Positions 12,901 through 26,441 of a stretch of 54,733 nucleotides of DNA are shown piece by piece. Both the position numbers and the translations under genes were made by a program. This DNA is from Octopus bimaculoides (taxonomy: Eukaryota). Below the pieces are notes generated by a model, which had not been told where the DNA came from, did no database searches, and was given only the letters and a program-made list of their open reading frames with translations. The DNA lies in contig NC_068984.1 in assembly GCF_001194135.2 (NCBI RefSeq), forward strand, positions 33,354,189 to 33,408,921, read 5' to 3'. The stretch's first letter is position 1, and each line of letters opens with the position of its first letter.

Positions 12901-14510
12901 TTTTCATAGAAAAATAATTTATTTTACAATTTTGACAAACGCTGAACAAAGTGTATACAATGGAATATGTTTCTTTTGTGAACGTTAATTCAAAACATTT
13001 GCAGAATGATGTATATAGCAAGACATAAATTAATTTGATTTTACTGTATATTTTTTTAACTGTGTAACGTTATAGGCTGTAGAATATACAGTAAAAAGGT
13101 AGTGCGGCGTTGAATACTCACAGTGGTGAAAGAGCATTGTGAAAATCATACGGTAAGGACGCTAGGACTGTTAAAGTATCATTATCTTCAAACTAACTGT
13201 TTATAAGGAGTGGAGTAACATTTCTGTAATTATAATGAAAAACCGCTGAGGATTTCTACTTCAACAAGTTTCCAATTTTCCAGAATTTCCAGAATTTCCA
13301 GAATAACTTTTTCTTTTCAGATATATTTGCGAGTAGTGGGAGTGCTGTCAAATCAATCAAATCGTCATGTTGGTATTCCTTGAAAGTGAACACTGTTGTT
13401 CGATCAACGTCCAGGACGCAGCTGTACTAAACTATGTCAAAATCGATTCGTTTCACTGTTGGGTGGTAATGTCACATACATATACTACGACATACAGACA
13501 CAACAAAGACACACGCGCACATTCACGCACACCTGGGGCCTATCTGTGTCCCTGTGTGTTTGTCTCCGTCTTTAGATGTGTGTCTGAGTGTATGTGTGTC
13601 AGCCATCACAAAAATGTGTGCTTACTGACTGACACATGCACCGTCACATATATATTCCTCAGTACTCGGTCTAATGTATATAACGAACATGCGAACCCAC
13701 TCATATAGAAAATGCGACCTCATCATCGTCTTAGTGATGGTATAAAATGTCGTTTATGATAGGTGGTTAAAAGAAGAATTATAATGTTATATGTTTCATG
13801 TTAATATATAAATGAAATAAAGTTATACATAAAAACATAAAATAAAAATAAAGTGCAAAATGATATAGATAAGATATGCAATTGAGAAACAGAAGATAAT
13901 ATATATACATAAAAGTAAAAATATATAAGTACAAATATGATTTAAAATTTAAAATATGACACACACACACACACACACACACACATAATGTATGTATGTA
14001 TGTATTTATGTATGTATGTATGTATGTATGATTTGAGTNNNNNNNNNNNNNNNNNNNNNNNNNNNNNNNNNNNNNNNNNNNNNNNNNNNNNNNNNNNNNN
14101 NNNNNNNNNNNNNNNNNNNNNNNNNNNNNNNNNNNNNNNNNNNNNNNNNNNNNNNNNNNNNNNNNNNNNNNNNNNNNNNNNNNNNNNNNNNNNNNNNNNN
14201 NNNNNNNNNNNNNNNNNNNNNNNNNNNNNNNNNNNNNNNNNNNNNNNNNNNNNNNNNNNNNNNNNNNNNNNNNNNNNNNNNNNNNNNNNNNNNNNNNNNN
14301 NNNNNNNNNNNNNNNNNNNNNNNNNNNNNNNNNNNNNNNNNNNNNNNNNNNNNNNNNNNNNNNNNNNNNNNNNNNNNNNNNNNNNNNNNNNNNNNNNNNN
14401 NNNNNNNNNNNNNNNNNNNNNNNNNNNNNNNNNNNNTATCTGGAAGTACATAAACACACACACACACACACACATATGCAGATATGTGTCTGTGATTGCG
14501 GGTGTTCAAA

Positions 14511-14511
14511 G

Positions 14512-14590
<79 letters not shown>

Positions 14591-14619
14591 CAGACAGACA
14601 TACAGACAGACGGACAGAC

Positions 14620-14700
<81 letters not shown>

Positions 14701-14712
14701 GATAGATAGATA
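14511..14712. repeat. (GATA)n/(GACA)n tetranucleotide microsatellite
   Basis: Directly visible; source of the LSIY-repeat ORFs. Confidence 0.95.
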
Positions 14713-15418
14713 TATATAAAATAACAAACTAGGAAATATACTTGCAAGGCAAATAAAGAATAATTCTGTTTTAATGAACAATTACATGTTATTCTAGAGC
14801 AAGATCTATGACCATTGGTTTATATTTCGTTTGTTGTGTATATGGTGTTCTTTCATTTCTTTCTTTTGTATTCGTTTTATTCTGCACACCAGAAATTTCA
14901 TACCAAATTATTCGCTTTTATTTCAAAGTCAAGTCCTTCTTCTAATAGGTGTAATAAATATCAACATCAGATTTATTAGGCAATCATTATATGCAACTAC
15001 AAATTAGCCCTTGCATCTTTGATAATGACGGGGTGAAACCCTAGCTGTAGGGTTGTATGTAACCATATACTTGTACAGCTATATAGATATATGCTTTTTA
15101 ATGTTTCTCCATCACCATTACTTCCAAGCGTCAGAGAACAGTTTATGAAATCTATGCTGAGGTTCTGTAAATGTGTATAGTGAATGTGAATACGTCAAAA
15201 CTAGGAGAAAATAACGTAATTAATTTCGTGCTAATATATGCCTGCAATTAAACTGTAAGCGAACGAATATCTTGACGACAACCGAGAAAACTAATGTCAT
15301 TGAAACCCGTCATTTCATATACGACGATGTACATGTGAAAATAGACACCTATATACTAAGAACATATGTGTGAGTTTGTATGTATGTCTATGTAGGTAAA
15401 TTCATATATACTTACAGA

Positions 15419-15498
<80 letters not shown>

Positions 15499-18274
15499 CA
15501 GATAGATAGATAAATAGATAGATAGACAGATAGATAGATATATGTATATATATGTTTATATATACGTGTATGTATACATATATNNNNNNNNNNNNNNNNN
15601 NNNNNNNNNNNNNNNNNNNNNNNNNNNNNNNNNNNNNNNNNNNNNNNNNNNNNNNNNNNNNNNNNNNNNNNNNNNNNNNNNNNNNNNNNNNNNNNNNNNN
15701 NNNNNNNNNNNNNNNNNNNNNNNNNNNNNNNNNNNNNNNNNNNNNNNNNNNNNNNNNNNNNNNNNNNNNNNNNNNNNNNNNNNNNNNNNNNNNNNNNNNN
15801 NNNNNNNNNNNNNNNNNNNNNNNNNNNNNNNNNNNNNNNNNNNNNNNNNNNNNNNNNNNNNNNNNNNNNNNNNNNNNNNNNNNNNNNNNNNNNNNNNNNN
15901 NNNNNNNNNNNNNNNNNNNNNNNNNNNNNNNNNNNNNNNNNNNNNNNNNNNNNNNNNNNNNNNNNNNNNNNNNNNNNNNNNNNNNNNNNNNNNNNNNNNN
16001 NNNNNNNNNNNNNNNNNNNNNNNNNNNNNNNNNNNNNNNNNNNNNNNNNNNNNNNNNNNNNNNNNNNNNNNNNNNNNNNNNNNNNNNNNNNNNNNNNNNN
16101 NNNNNNNNNNNNNNNNNNNNNNNNNNNNNNNNNNNNNNNNNNNNNNNNNNNNNNNNNNNNNNNNNNNNNNNNNNNNNNNNNNNNNNNNNNNNNNNNNNNN
16201 NNNNNNNNNNNNNNNNNNNNNNNNNNNNNNNNNNNNNNNNNNNNNNNNNNNNNNNNNNNNNNNNNNNNNNNNNNNNNNNNNNNNNNNNNNNNNNNNNNNN
16301 NNNNNNNNNNNNNNNNNNNNNNNNNNNNNNNNNNNNNNNNNNNNNNNNNNNNNNNNNNNNNNNNNNNNNNNNNNNNNNNNNNNNNNNNNNNNNNNNNNNN
16401 NNNNNNNNNNNNNNNNNNNNNNNNNNNNNNNNNNNNNNNNNNNNNNNNNNNNNNNNNNNNNNNAAATTTCCTGAGTATGCATAAATATACATGCATATAT
16501 AAGTACATATATGGGGATGTGCGTGTACGTGTGTATGCGTGTGCGTATGCGTATGTGTGTTTGTTTATATGGGTTTGCTTGTGTGAATGTATACACATAT
16601 ATAAATATATACAAATATAGAATTCCATATATATCTTACTTAACGTATATATTAGAATAGAAAATAATACTACTGCTGTATTCGTCTTGAGACGTCTCCA
16701 TGTATAGACGTATAGCACTGAAAAGCAAACAAACGTATTGGTAGCAGAGGGAAAGTTTCTAGTAACGATGGTTGAATCGCCGGATTATGACATATTTTCT
16801 TTATATGCTTCCACGCCAAGAGTAGAAATTATCGACTATTGCTTTTTACTGAGGAACTTCTGTGCGTTTTAACACTATATATTTATGCAATGAGCTGCCT
16901 CAAGATGAATACATCGGTTTAGAATCTTTCTGTAAAACATAAATGTTAAGGGGGATAAAGAAAATGCCATATTGAGCCACTATGTATTCTGTCACTAAAG
17001 ACGAATTGTTACCCATACTGTGAGTTATTTGCAACGCTAGTGCTTTCTTAATCACAATTTTGCAATATCAGTAGAAGAAAAGCATACGATTGATTGTGGA
17101 TACTTGTTACTAATGACATGTAAAGGAGCAGAAATTCTGATTTGATAATTTCCCAAACGCTGGGGAAGAATTTTCGTTTGATACTGACGCAATTTTCTGA
17201 ATTTTAGTTCTTACGTCTACATGCGATGCAAACCAAAGACCAACGCTTCAGTTTTAGTGGTGTCTGTATTATATATACGTTAGGTAGCGTATACACTATG
17301 CTCCTTTCAACCAGAACTGACTCTGTCATCAATAACGACTATATGTGTGTTTGTATGTGTGTTTGTATGTGTGTATGTGGGGGATATAGTAAACAACGTT
17401 ATATTATTACACACGGTTAGAAATATACATACATCCTTACATACATATATATACACTAATCCATGAGTGTGGGTTCATGTCATAGGTATTATTTCTATTA
17501 TTATTATTATTATCATTACTAAGGAAAACCTCATTCATCTGTTTCAGTACGACGAGCTAGGATCCTGTTACGTGTCCTAAAATTTTAAGTTACATGGGGC
17601 CGAATCAAATTGTTTAAAATAATAATATATATAAGGCTTCCCTAAAAGTGTTGGGTGCCTCTTTCGTTATTCGTATTAAAGTACATGTGCGTGCATACTT
17701 ATATACATACATGCATACATTCATGGATAATACATACATATATATATATATATATATANNNNNNNNNNNNNNNNNNNNNNNNNNNNNNNNNNNNNNNNNN
17801 NNNNNNNNNNNNNNNNNNNNNNNNNNNNNNNNNNNNNNNNNNNNNNNNNNNNNNNNNNNNNNNNNNNNNNNNNNNNNNNNNNNNNNNNNNNNNNNNNNNN
17901 NNNNNNNNNNNNNNNNNNNNNNNNNNNNNNNNNNNNNNNNNNNNNNNNNNNNNNNNNNNNNNNNNNNNNNNNNNNNNNNNNNNNNNNNNNTAATATTATT
18001 AGGGACAAAATCCAAAATTACAGGTAAAAAACTCAATTAAAATCAATTTATAAAAAATTAAAATTAAATTGAGCCTTATAGATAAAGTATATATAAAATA
18101 TATAGTTTTAGGGAAAATAACCAATTTTCAAGAACTCATCGATGAAAATCCACTATCACATATAGAAAAATTAATAATTAAAAGCACAATAAATGAGTAT
18201 AATATAAAGTAAAGTAAATACCATAAGATAAATATAATAAAAAGATTACACGTATATATATATATATATAAATC

Positions 18275-18660
18275 TCCACGTGGCACTCCGTCGGTTAAGC
18301 CGACGAGTGTTACAGTTGACCCGATCAACGGAACAGCATGCTCGTGAAATTAACATGCGACTATACCCTTAACGTAGTTCTCAGCGTAGGTTGAGCGTGA
18401 CCAGGAGTGCAACAAGGCTGGTGCTTTGAAATACAGGTACAACAGAAAGAGGAAAAAAGATTGACAGAGAGAGAGAGAGAGAGAAAGAAAGCTGGGGTGA
18501 AAGAGTACAGCAGTGTTCGCTACCCCCACCCACTACCGGAGCCTCGTGGAGCTTTAGGTGTTTTCGCTCAATAAACACTCACAACGCCTGGTCTGGGAAT
18601 CGAAACAACGTTCCTACGACCGCGACTCCGCTGTCCTAACCAATAGGCCATTGCACCACC
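18275..18660 (-). mobile_element. tRNA-derived SINE, second family, with internal (CT)n expansion
   Basis: Minus-strand head GGTGGTGCAATGGCCTATTGGTTAGGACAGCGGAGTCGCGGTCGTAGGAACGTTGTTTCGATTCCC has A-box TGGCCTATTGG and B-box GTTTCGATTCC, followed by a non-tRNA body and a (TA)n end. Confidence 0.8.
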
Positions 18661-20786
18661 ACATATACATAGGTATATATAGGCATATATATAGATATGC
18701 ATACATATATATGTATATATATATATATATANNNNNNNNNNATATTAATGTTACGGAGTAGATGGCCTAACTACATCCTTATCTGTTTTTGAATTATTGT
18801 TTCAGAAAGAGATTGCACCTGGTGGTAATACGCTCACTGTTGTTCGCGAATTTTATATCCATTTTATATCCATTTGTTACTTTTCAAATACGTTGCTTAC
18901 TAGCTTTTGAAATTAAATGATTGTTTTAGTTGAACATATTTCTAATAATATTCCTTGAATTATTATTATCACCATCTTGATCATTTTTATTATATATTCA
19001 TTATTCTTCCTTTTTCGTGTATCCTGAGTTGATTCCAAAGTACATTGCAAAAACATGATATCATTGAAAAGATTTAATGAAACATTAAATAATAGCTTCG
19101 CACTTGTCTTCTATGCTACATGTTCAATTTAACAGATATAACAATATATCGTTCAATTCTTTTGTTTCACGGGAAGATATACTCGAATTTGTAGCCTTCT
19201 CATTTTTGTGGAGGACATTTGGGTTAACTGTGATGTGCACTAAATCGTAAATTTACAATCGTCATGTTTATACCTATATGTGTATGTGTGTGCATGTGTA
19301 GTTTGGTTGAGTATGCCTGCGTGTATGTGTATCAGGGGCATTATGTATAATTTCATGCATTTGTCGACACACAAATGCATTTAAGTTTCTATATTTCTAT
19401 TGTTTTGTCGTATTTGATAGTCTTTATACAACAACATATTAAGTAAAATTTATGCTTCNNNNNNNNNNNNNNNNNNNNNNNNNNNNNNNNNNNNNNNNNN
19501 NNNNNNNNNNNNNNNNNNNNNNNNNNNNNNNNNNNNNNNNNNNNNNNNNNNNNNNNNNNNNNNNNNNNNNNNNNNNNNNNNNNNNNNNNNNNNNNNNNNN
19601 NNNNNNNNNNNNNNNNNNNNNNNNNNNNNNNNNNNNNNNNNNNNNNNNNNNNNNNNNNNNNNNNNNNNNNNNNNNNNNNNNNNNNNNNNNNNNNNNNNNN
19701 NNNNNNNNNNNNNNNNNNNNNNNNNNNNNNNNNNNNNNNNNNNNNNNNNNNNNNNNNNNNNNNNNNNNNNNNNNNNNNNNNNNNNNNNNNNNNNNNNNNN
19801 NNNNNNNNNNNNNNNNNNNNNNNNNNNNNNNNNNNNNNNNNNNNNNNNNNNNNNNNNNNNNNNNNNNNNNNNNNNNNNNNNNNNNNNNNNNNNNNNNNNN
19901 NNNNNNNNNNNNNNNNNNNNNNNNNNNNNNNNNNNNNNNNNNNNNNNNNNNNNNNNNNNNNNNNNNNNNNNNNNNNNNNNNNNNNNNNNNNNNNNNNNNN
20001 NNNNNNNNNNNNNNNNNNNNNNNNNNNNNNNNNNNNNNNNNNNNNNNNNNNNNNNNNNNNNNNNNNNNNNNNNNNNNNNNNNNNNNNNNNNNNNNNNNNN
20101 NNNNNNNNNNNNNNNNNNNNNNNNNNNNNNNNNNNNNNNNNNNNNNNNNNNNNNNNNNNNNNNNNNNNNNNNNNNNNNNNNNNNNNNNNNNNNNNNNNNN
20201 NNNNNNNNNNNNNNNNNNNNNNNNNNNNNNNNNNNNNNNNNNNNNNNNNNNNNNNNNNNNNNNNNNNNNNNNNNNNNNNNNNNNNNNNNNNNNNNNNNNN
20301 NNNNNNNNNNNNNNNNNNNNNNNNNNNNNNNNNNNNNNNNNNNNNNNNNNNNNNNNNNNNNNNNNNNNNNNNNNNNNNNNNNNNNNNNNNNNNNNNNNNN
20401 NNNNNNNNNNNNNNNNNNNNNNNNNNNNNNNNNNNNNATATATATATATATATATAAAGAGAGAGAAGTGAGAGAGAGAGGAAGAGAGAAAGGGAGAGAT
20501 GGTATATGGAATACACAGCAAATTTTATTGCTCAAAACGATCGTTTCGACATATTGTGCACCAATCTCTCGCAGGTAAGTGTCAGCAATAGAGTTTCCTG
20601 TGGATTCCCTTTTCCGTCTCTATCATTTGCTTTATACCGAACGTACACTGAGTAATTCATGGGGTAGAGCCAGTGACAATTGTGCAATTACCGTGGATGT
20701 CATGCGGTGAACGTGTTTTATCGTGTTGGACTAGGAACATACACAACACACACACACACAGACAGACACACTCACACACACACACA

Positions 20787-20874
<88 letters not shown>

Positions 20875-20899
20875 TTGTTGTCTACTCCTTATGCAGAGT

Positions 20900-22960
20900 T
20901 TGACCACCTCCTGTACTTACACCTGAGAACCATCATGGCGTTTGATGTGGCTTTTTAAATCAATGTTCCGGAAAGACAATCACATAGATTGCATATCCAA
21001 CTTAGACCACCAAGAGATGCAGATAATTACTGATATTTGTGGCTCATAAAATGTCTTTTGAAGCCTCAGTTAGATTTGCAAACCTTCTAGCATATATTGG
21101 ATTCAAAGGTGTGCACAGACATATAGGCAGAATTGTTGGTGAAGGTTCGTTTTCCATAGGTTTGCAAATGCGATTTGAGCCCAGCAACAGAAAGGCAAGG
21201 TCTGACACAAACTGTACACACAAAAAGTTGATTGTGACTCACCTTCTCGATCGTAACATTCTTCCTTAAATCTGTGTTGCATTCGTTTTCCTGTTCTCTT
21301 CAAACGCTTTCACTCCACTGCACACTTTTGTCCACCTTCCACCTCGATCCGAAGTAAGGGTTTCTTTGTCCTCTGGATCCATTCCAGGTGACTTCATTGT
21401 AGTCTTTATACCGTCCTCAAACCTTTTTTAAGTTTACGCCGATAGCGTTACCCCTCTGCAAGCTCACCATAGATCAGCTGTTTAGGCATGAGTTCATGCG
21501 CCATTCGAACAATATGGCGATACCATCGCAATTGTTGTCTCAAAATCATAGCTGTAATTGAGACGATGCCTGCAGATGCAAGGACATCAGTGTTTGGAGT
21601 AAACGAACTTCATTTAATGTTTCAAATGCGATGAATGCATTTTTGGTGGAATTCATCCAACAATTTAAAATGCGTTTCATAACAAGTCCATGTTTCACAA
21701 GAATACAACAGGGATGGTAAAACAAATGATTAGTAAAGAGCCAGCTTTGTATTCTTATTTATATGTCACAGGCGCCACACGCATGACTACAAGCTACCAA
21801 ATGCTTTTTCTGCCCCTTGAATTCGCAGATGTATTTCTGTATCAAGATTTCCTTCATTTTGTACAGAGCTTCCGGAGAAACGAATCGACAACATCGAGTA
21901 ACTTTCCCTTAACAGAAAATTTAGTGCGGAAACAAACAGCACCACACGCACGTTGATGCATTAAAACTGGTTTCTTCAAGTTGGTGGTCAAAACACAATC
22001 ATCCCAATCTGAGTCAAATGCAGATACAAGAGATTGTTGGTCCAAGATCGCAATCGTTAGCGTACAGAGTTAGCTAAAGAGTGAAGTAAAAACCTTCGTT
22101 TTGAATTTAAGTCTAGTCAGATTAAAATCATTCTCTGTTGTTCGTTATTTTATGTAAATACCTTCCTCAGAGTTTGAAAAGCGTGTGACAACACAACAGA
22201 ATAATATATTGCAAAGTGGTTGGGCGCATCAAAGTCTTCTTGCTTTACTCCATTTTCCACGACAAAAGATTCAGAGACCCTACAAACAAGATTAACTCTG
22301 GCTTTCATATCTGGATGCAAAGCCCTATCATGTTTAGGAATTTTTCTTGTCAACCTATTTTCCTTAGAATTAGCCACAGAGCATTTCGATTAAGAGTATC
22401 GAATGTTTTGCTCAAATCAACAAAGCAATGGCATAGGGCAAGATTCTGTTCAATCCATTTTTGAAATTGTCTGATAGGGGCTCTACTGTGCCCCTAGTAG
22501 AGCGAAAACCGCACTCAGATTCAGACGCCATATTTGGAACTATGAAGTTATTTAAACGTTCTAACAAAATGCGGTCAAGTACCTTTCCAACTACAGAAAT
22601 CCCACGAAATTACCACCCAGATCATTTGACCCTGATTTATACAAGGAGACTAAAATAGCATCAATCCAGTCTTGAATCACTTTCTCAGTTCTCCAACAGT
22701 GCAAAAATAATATGTTTAAGTGATCAAACATTTTGTCACTCCCATATTTCAAGACTTCTGCACAGATTCCATCAGAACCGGGAGACTTATCGTTATTCAG
22801 GTTTATTCACAGCAAAATAAATGCCATTTAGAGTTGGTTCAAATGCCATCTCTTCTATAACTGGAAGGTGTTCGATTTTTTGTATCGTCCTCATGTTAGC
22901 GGATAATGGTCTATTCAAAAGTGCAGAAAATATTCTACCCAGAGCTTATGAATAGAAGCG
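20900..22960 (-). mobile_element. Decayed RTE-BovB-like LINE (RT domain through C-terminus and 3' UTR)
   Basis: Minus translation: DKSPGSDGICAEVLKYG, NFRGISVVGKVL, ESECGFRSTRGT, CFVDLSKTFDTLNRNALW, VENGVKQ, LYANDC (~22050-22069), LPSLLYSCETWT, QLRWYRHIVRM..MPKQLIYGEL, and terminal CTVCVRPCLSVAGLKSH (~21160-21225). Confidence 0.92.
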
Positions 22961-23027
22961 GTGAAAAAATAAATAAATATGCGTGTGTGTGTGCGTGTGG
23001 GTGCGGGTGATGTGTGTGTGTGTGTGT

Positions 23028-23081
<54 letters not shown>

Positions 23082-23762
23082 TGATAGATAGATAGATAGA
23101 TAGATAGANNNNNNNNNNNNNNNNNNNNNNNNNNNNNNNNNNNNNNNNNNNNNNNNNNNNNNNNNNNNNNNNNNNNNNNNNNNNNNNNNNNNNNNNNNNN
23201 NNNNNNNNNNNNNNNNNNNNNNNNNNNNNNNNNNNNNNNNNNNNNNNNNNNNNNNNNNNNNNNNNNNNNNNNNNNNNNNNNNNNNNNNNNNNNNNNNNNN
23301 NNNNNNNNNNNNNNNNNNNNNNNNNNNNNNNNNNNNNNNNNNNNNNNNNNNNNNNNNNNNNNNNNNNNNNNNNNNNNNNNNNNNNNNNNNNNNNNNNNNN
23401 NNNNNNNNNNNNNNNNNNNNNNNNNNNNNNNNNNNNNNNNNNNNNNNNNNNNNNNNNNNNNNNNNNNNNNNNNNNNNNNNNNNNNNNNNNNNNNNNNNNN
23501 NNNNNNNNNNNNNNNNNNNNNNNNNNNNNNNNNNNNNNNNNNNNNNNNNNNNNNNNNNNNNNNNNNNNNNNNNNNNNNNNNNNNNNNNNNNNNNNNNNNN
23601 NNNNNNNNNNNNNNNNNNNNNNNNNNNNNNNNNNNNNNNNNNNNNNNNNNNNNNNNNNNNNNNNNNNNNNNNNNNNNNNNNNNNNNNNNNNNNNNNNNNN
23701 NNNNNNNNNNNNNNNNNNNNNNNNNNNNNNNNNNNNNNNNNNNNNNNNNNNNNNNNNNNNNN

Positions 23763-23797
<35 letters not shown>

Positions 23798-23818
23798 GAT
23801 ACACACACGCACACACGT

Positions 23819-23855
<37 letters not shown>

Positions 23856-23886
23856 GATGCATACATTGCAGAGCTAGCACCGAAAT

Positions 23887-23925
23887 CCAGCTGGCGGAGA
23901 ATCCGCCTGGCGTTAAACTAATAGT
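23887..23925 (+). other. GC-rich hairpin followed by CTAAT: possible Helitron 3' terminus
   Basis: CCAGCT-GGCGGA-GAA-TCCGCC-TGG-CGTTAAA-CTAATAGT matches the hairpin plus ~10 nt plus CTRR layout; the upstream body is lost in microsatellite and gap. Confidence 0.3.
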
Positions 23926-26406
23926 AACTTGTCACTATATTTCCTTTTCAATTTCGCGCTTCCGCATTGTTTGCTTTTGATTTTGTCAACTAATATTTAT
24001 ATTTTTATCTTTAATTGTTTTTATTCAAATCACACCATCTTGCTGCGTGAAGCATTGAAGTCTATAGGGAAAAGAATGAACTAGAAGTGATCTAGAGAAA
24101 TATTTATGTGTTATTTTTTTATAAATGGGGAAGCAGTCTGTGTGTGTGAATAGTAGTGAAATGACGCTATAACTAAAATAAGACAAGAATTATCAATATG
24201 TCTAGAAAATGAATAGAAATCTTTATATCGTATAAATAGGGTTAATTAATATTTACCCGAAGCAAAACTGAAGAGTTCTTATAACGGTGTACTTACAGAA
24301 ATGTTCTAGAGACCACCAGCTGTTGGCTGTGATAGAATTTCACGAAAGTCCCTCCATCTCTGCAATTGGTCAATTGTACTTAAGCTAAGAGTCAATTTAA
24401 GAGCGTAACATGGGATGACGTAAATAAAGAAAACGTGGGAGACGAACGTGATATAAGTGGCGCAAGGACGCTTATGTTCTTTTGCAACATCTCAACATGA
24501 CATTTTAAAAAAATAGATAAATAGATATTATTAGCCGAACGGCTTGTATAGATAAGGGGAGACAACTGATACAGGAAGTGCATGCTAGTGAGAGTTACCA
24601 ACAAAAATAATGCCGAAAATTATATCCTAAATAACCAGTATAATTCCAAGTGGTGATAATAGTGGACGAATAAGTAAAATGTATATACGTTCCTAAGTAA
24701 ATTCGGCCTTGTAGGTACACAAAAGGACAACAACACAAGGCCCCAAGCATTTAAGCGATTAAAAATTAAATCACATGCTAATTATAGAAGCAATGAAATA
24801 ATGAATCTCTACCTCAATCTTAGTAAAGTAAACAATCAGAACAATAATAGCCCTATTAATCTCAATAGACCTAGCACTATCTCAGAAGAATGTAATTCCC
24901 CTCCACACAAACACTTCAAGCAACATTTGTATCAGTATACTGACTCATCTGTAAGATTTTTTTCTCTTTAACTGAAAGGTTTGCTACTTTAAACTACTAT
25001 ATTAATGACGATACCGATAACAAAATTATTGGATTAAATTCTAAATTTAGTATTATGTAACATAAAATATATTTCTCTTAAGTGTAGACTATATCACTAT
25101 ATTTGTAGTTGAATTTAAGATATAAGATATAATTAAGTTGTCTTTATATAAAATGATTATAAGTATATAGATTAAATTTTAAAATAATATGTGAATCATT
25201 TTATAAAAGTCCCTGTCTTGATTAAAGATATTTCTATTGTAAGTACGTATTTCTGATTATTTTACCGTAAGCAATGAATGTATAAATATATAAACGTTGA
25301 TGGACGGTGGTATTTTCCTCTGCTAAACTAAGTAAATTTATGTTTTTATTTTTTTATTTTTTCTATGTTACTAGTTATTTACTAAGAATAATGCTTATAT
25401 TAGTACGAATAGATGGATTAGAATAAATATTATATATAATTATTTATCGTTTTGAATAATTATGCATACATGAATATGTTTTTGTAGACCCTATAATATT
25501 TAGTATATTTCATCATATTGTGTTTTTTTCGAATTTGTATACACATAAAAATTTATAGAATAATAAAACTATTGGCTTATTCTAATTTATTTATTTCTGT
25601 ACAGCTAAATATAATTCTGATACTTTATTTATGTATGCATTATTATCATTTTATATAAGAAATATTATAGTTTATAATAATCGTAGCTTTATGCATTTGC
25701 TTATCATCAACATATTTAGTAAAAACTTCTGAGTAAATAAATTGTTGATTTACAATATTTTTTAATGAATTTAGTGTGTTAATAAATTATGTCCTTATTA
25801 ATTTTTTTTTTGCTTCATAGTATATAGTAATCTTATGTAAAACATATTTCCTACTCCTCCATCAATTTATAACATATTATATAGATGTTATTACATACTA
25901 ACATAGGCAGTTATAATTTTCCATTAAAATATGATTGGAGATGCATAAGAACATTTTATGACGTTTGTAATTTTTCTTTACTTAATTATTTTATCTATTG
26001 TAATTTTGTTTTAATTGTATTTATTATACTTTTGCATTATTAACACTCATAGTTATCTTTTAAACCGGTCTGATTCATGATTTGGCAGTTTTTGCATGAA
26101 AATTTTGTCTGTTTTTTTAAAAAAATAATTAACTGAAGAGACTCATATATATAAATGCGAATTTTTATAAATTCACTTGTTTATATGAATGGAAACAAAC
26201 AGTTGGATTTATATTTGTTATAATTATCTGTTATATTATATCCTTTTATAGTATTATATTACATTATATTATACTGCAAATAAATTTTTAATATGTCGAT
26301 TGTATTTCTCTCTTTCCTTTAATATTTATATATTGTAATTATACCATTATATTTGTGGTATTCAACTATAGTACCATCCCTTGCAAATTTTTGAAATTTT
26401 TCGTTA

Positions 26407-26441
<35 letters not shown>

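Noticed and set aside
18590-18660. tRNA-like sequence with A and B boxes (also 4291, 34822, 48908)
   Set aside because: These are SINE heads without a complete cloverleaf, each continuing into a SINE body.
18805-18823. Possible 19-nt exon after TTGTTTCAG
   Set aside because: Good acceptor but weak donor (GTAATA), and it lies next to a gap.
23940-24070. Promoter-like words (TCGCGCTTCCGC, CCATCTTG)
   Set aside because: Short motifs with no CpG-rich island or downstream exon structure; insufficient to call a promoter.
24960-26400. Possible NUMT (AT-rich, faint ND4-like words)
   Set aside because: No conserved mitochondrial motif or rRNA landmark could be followed in any frame.
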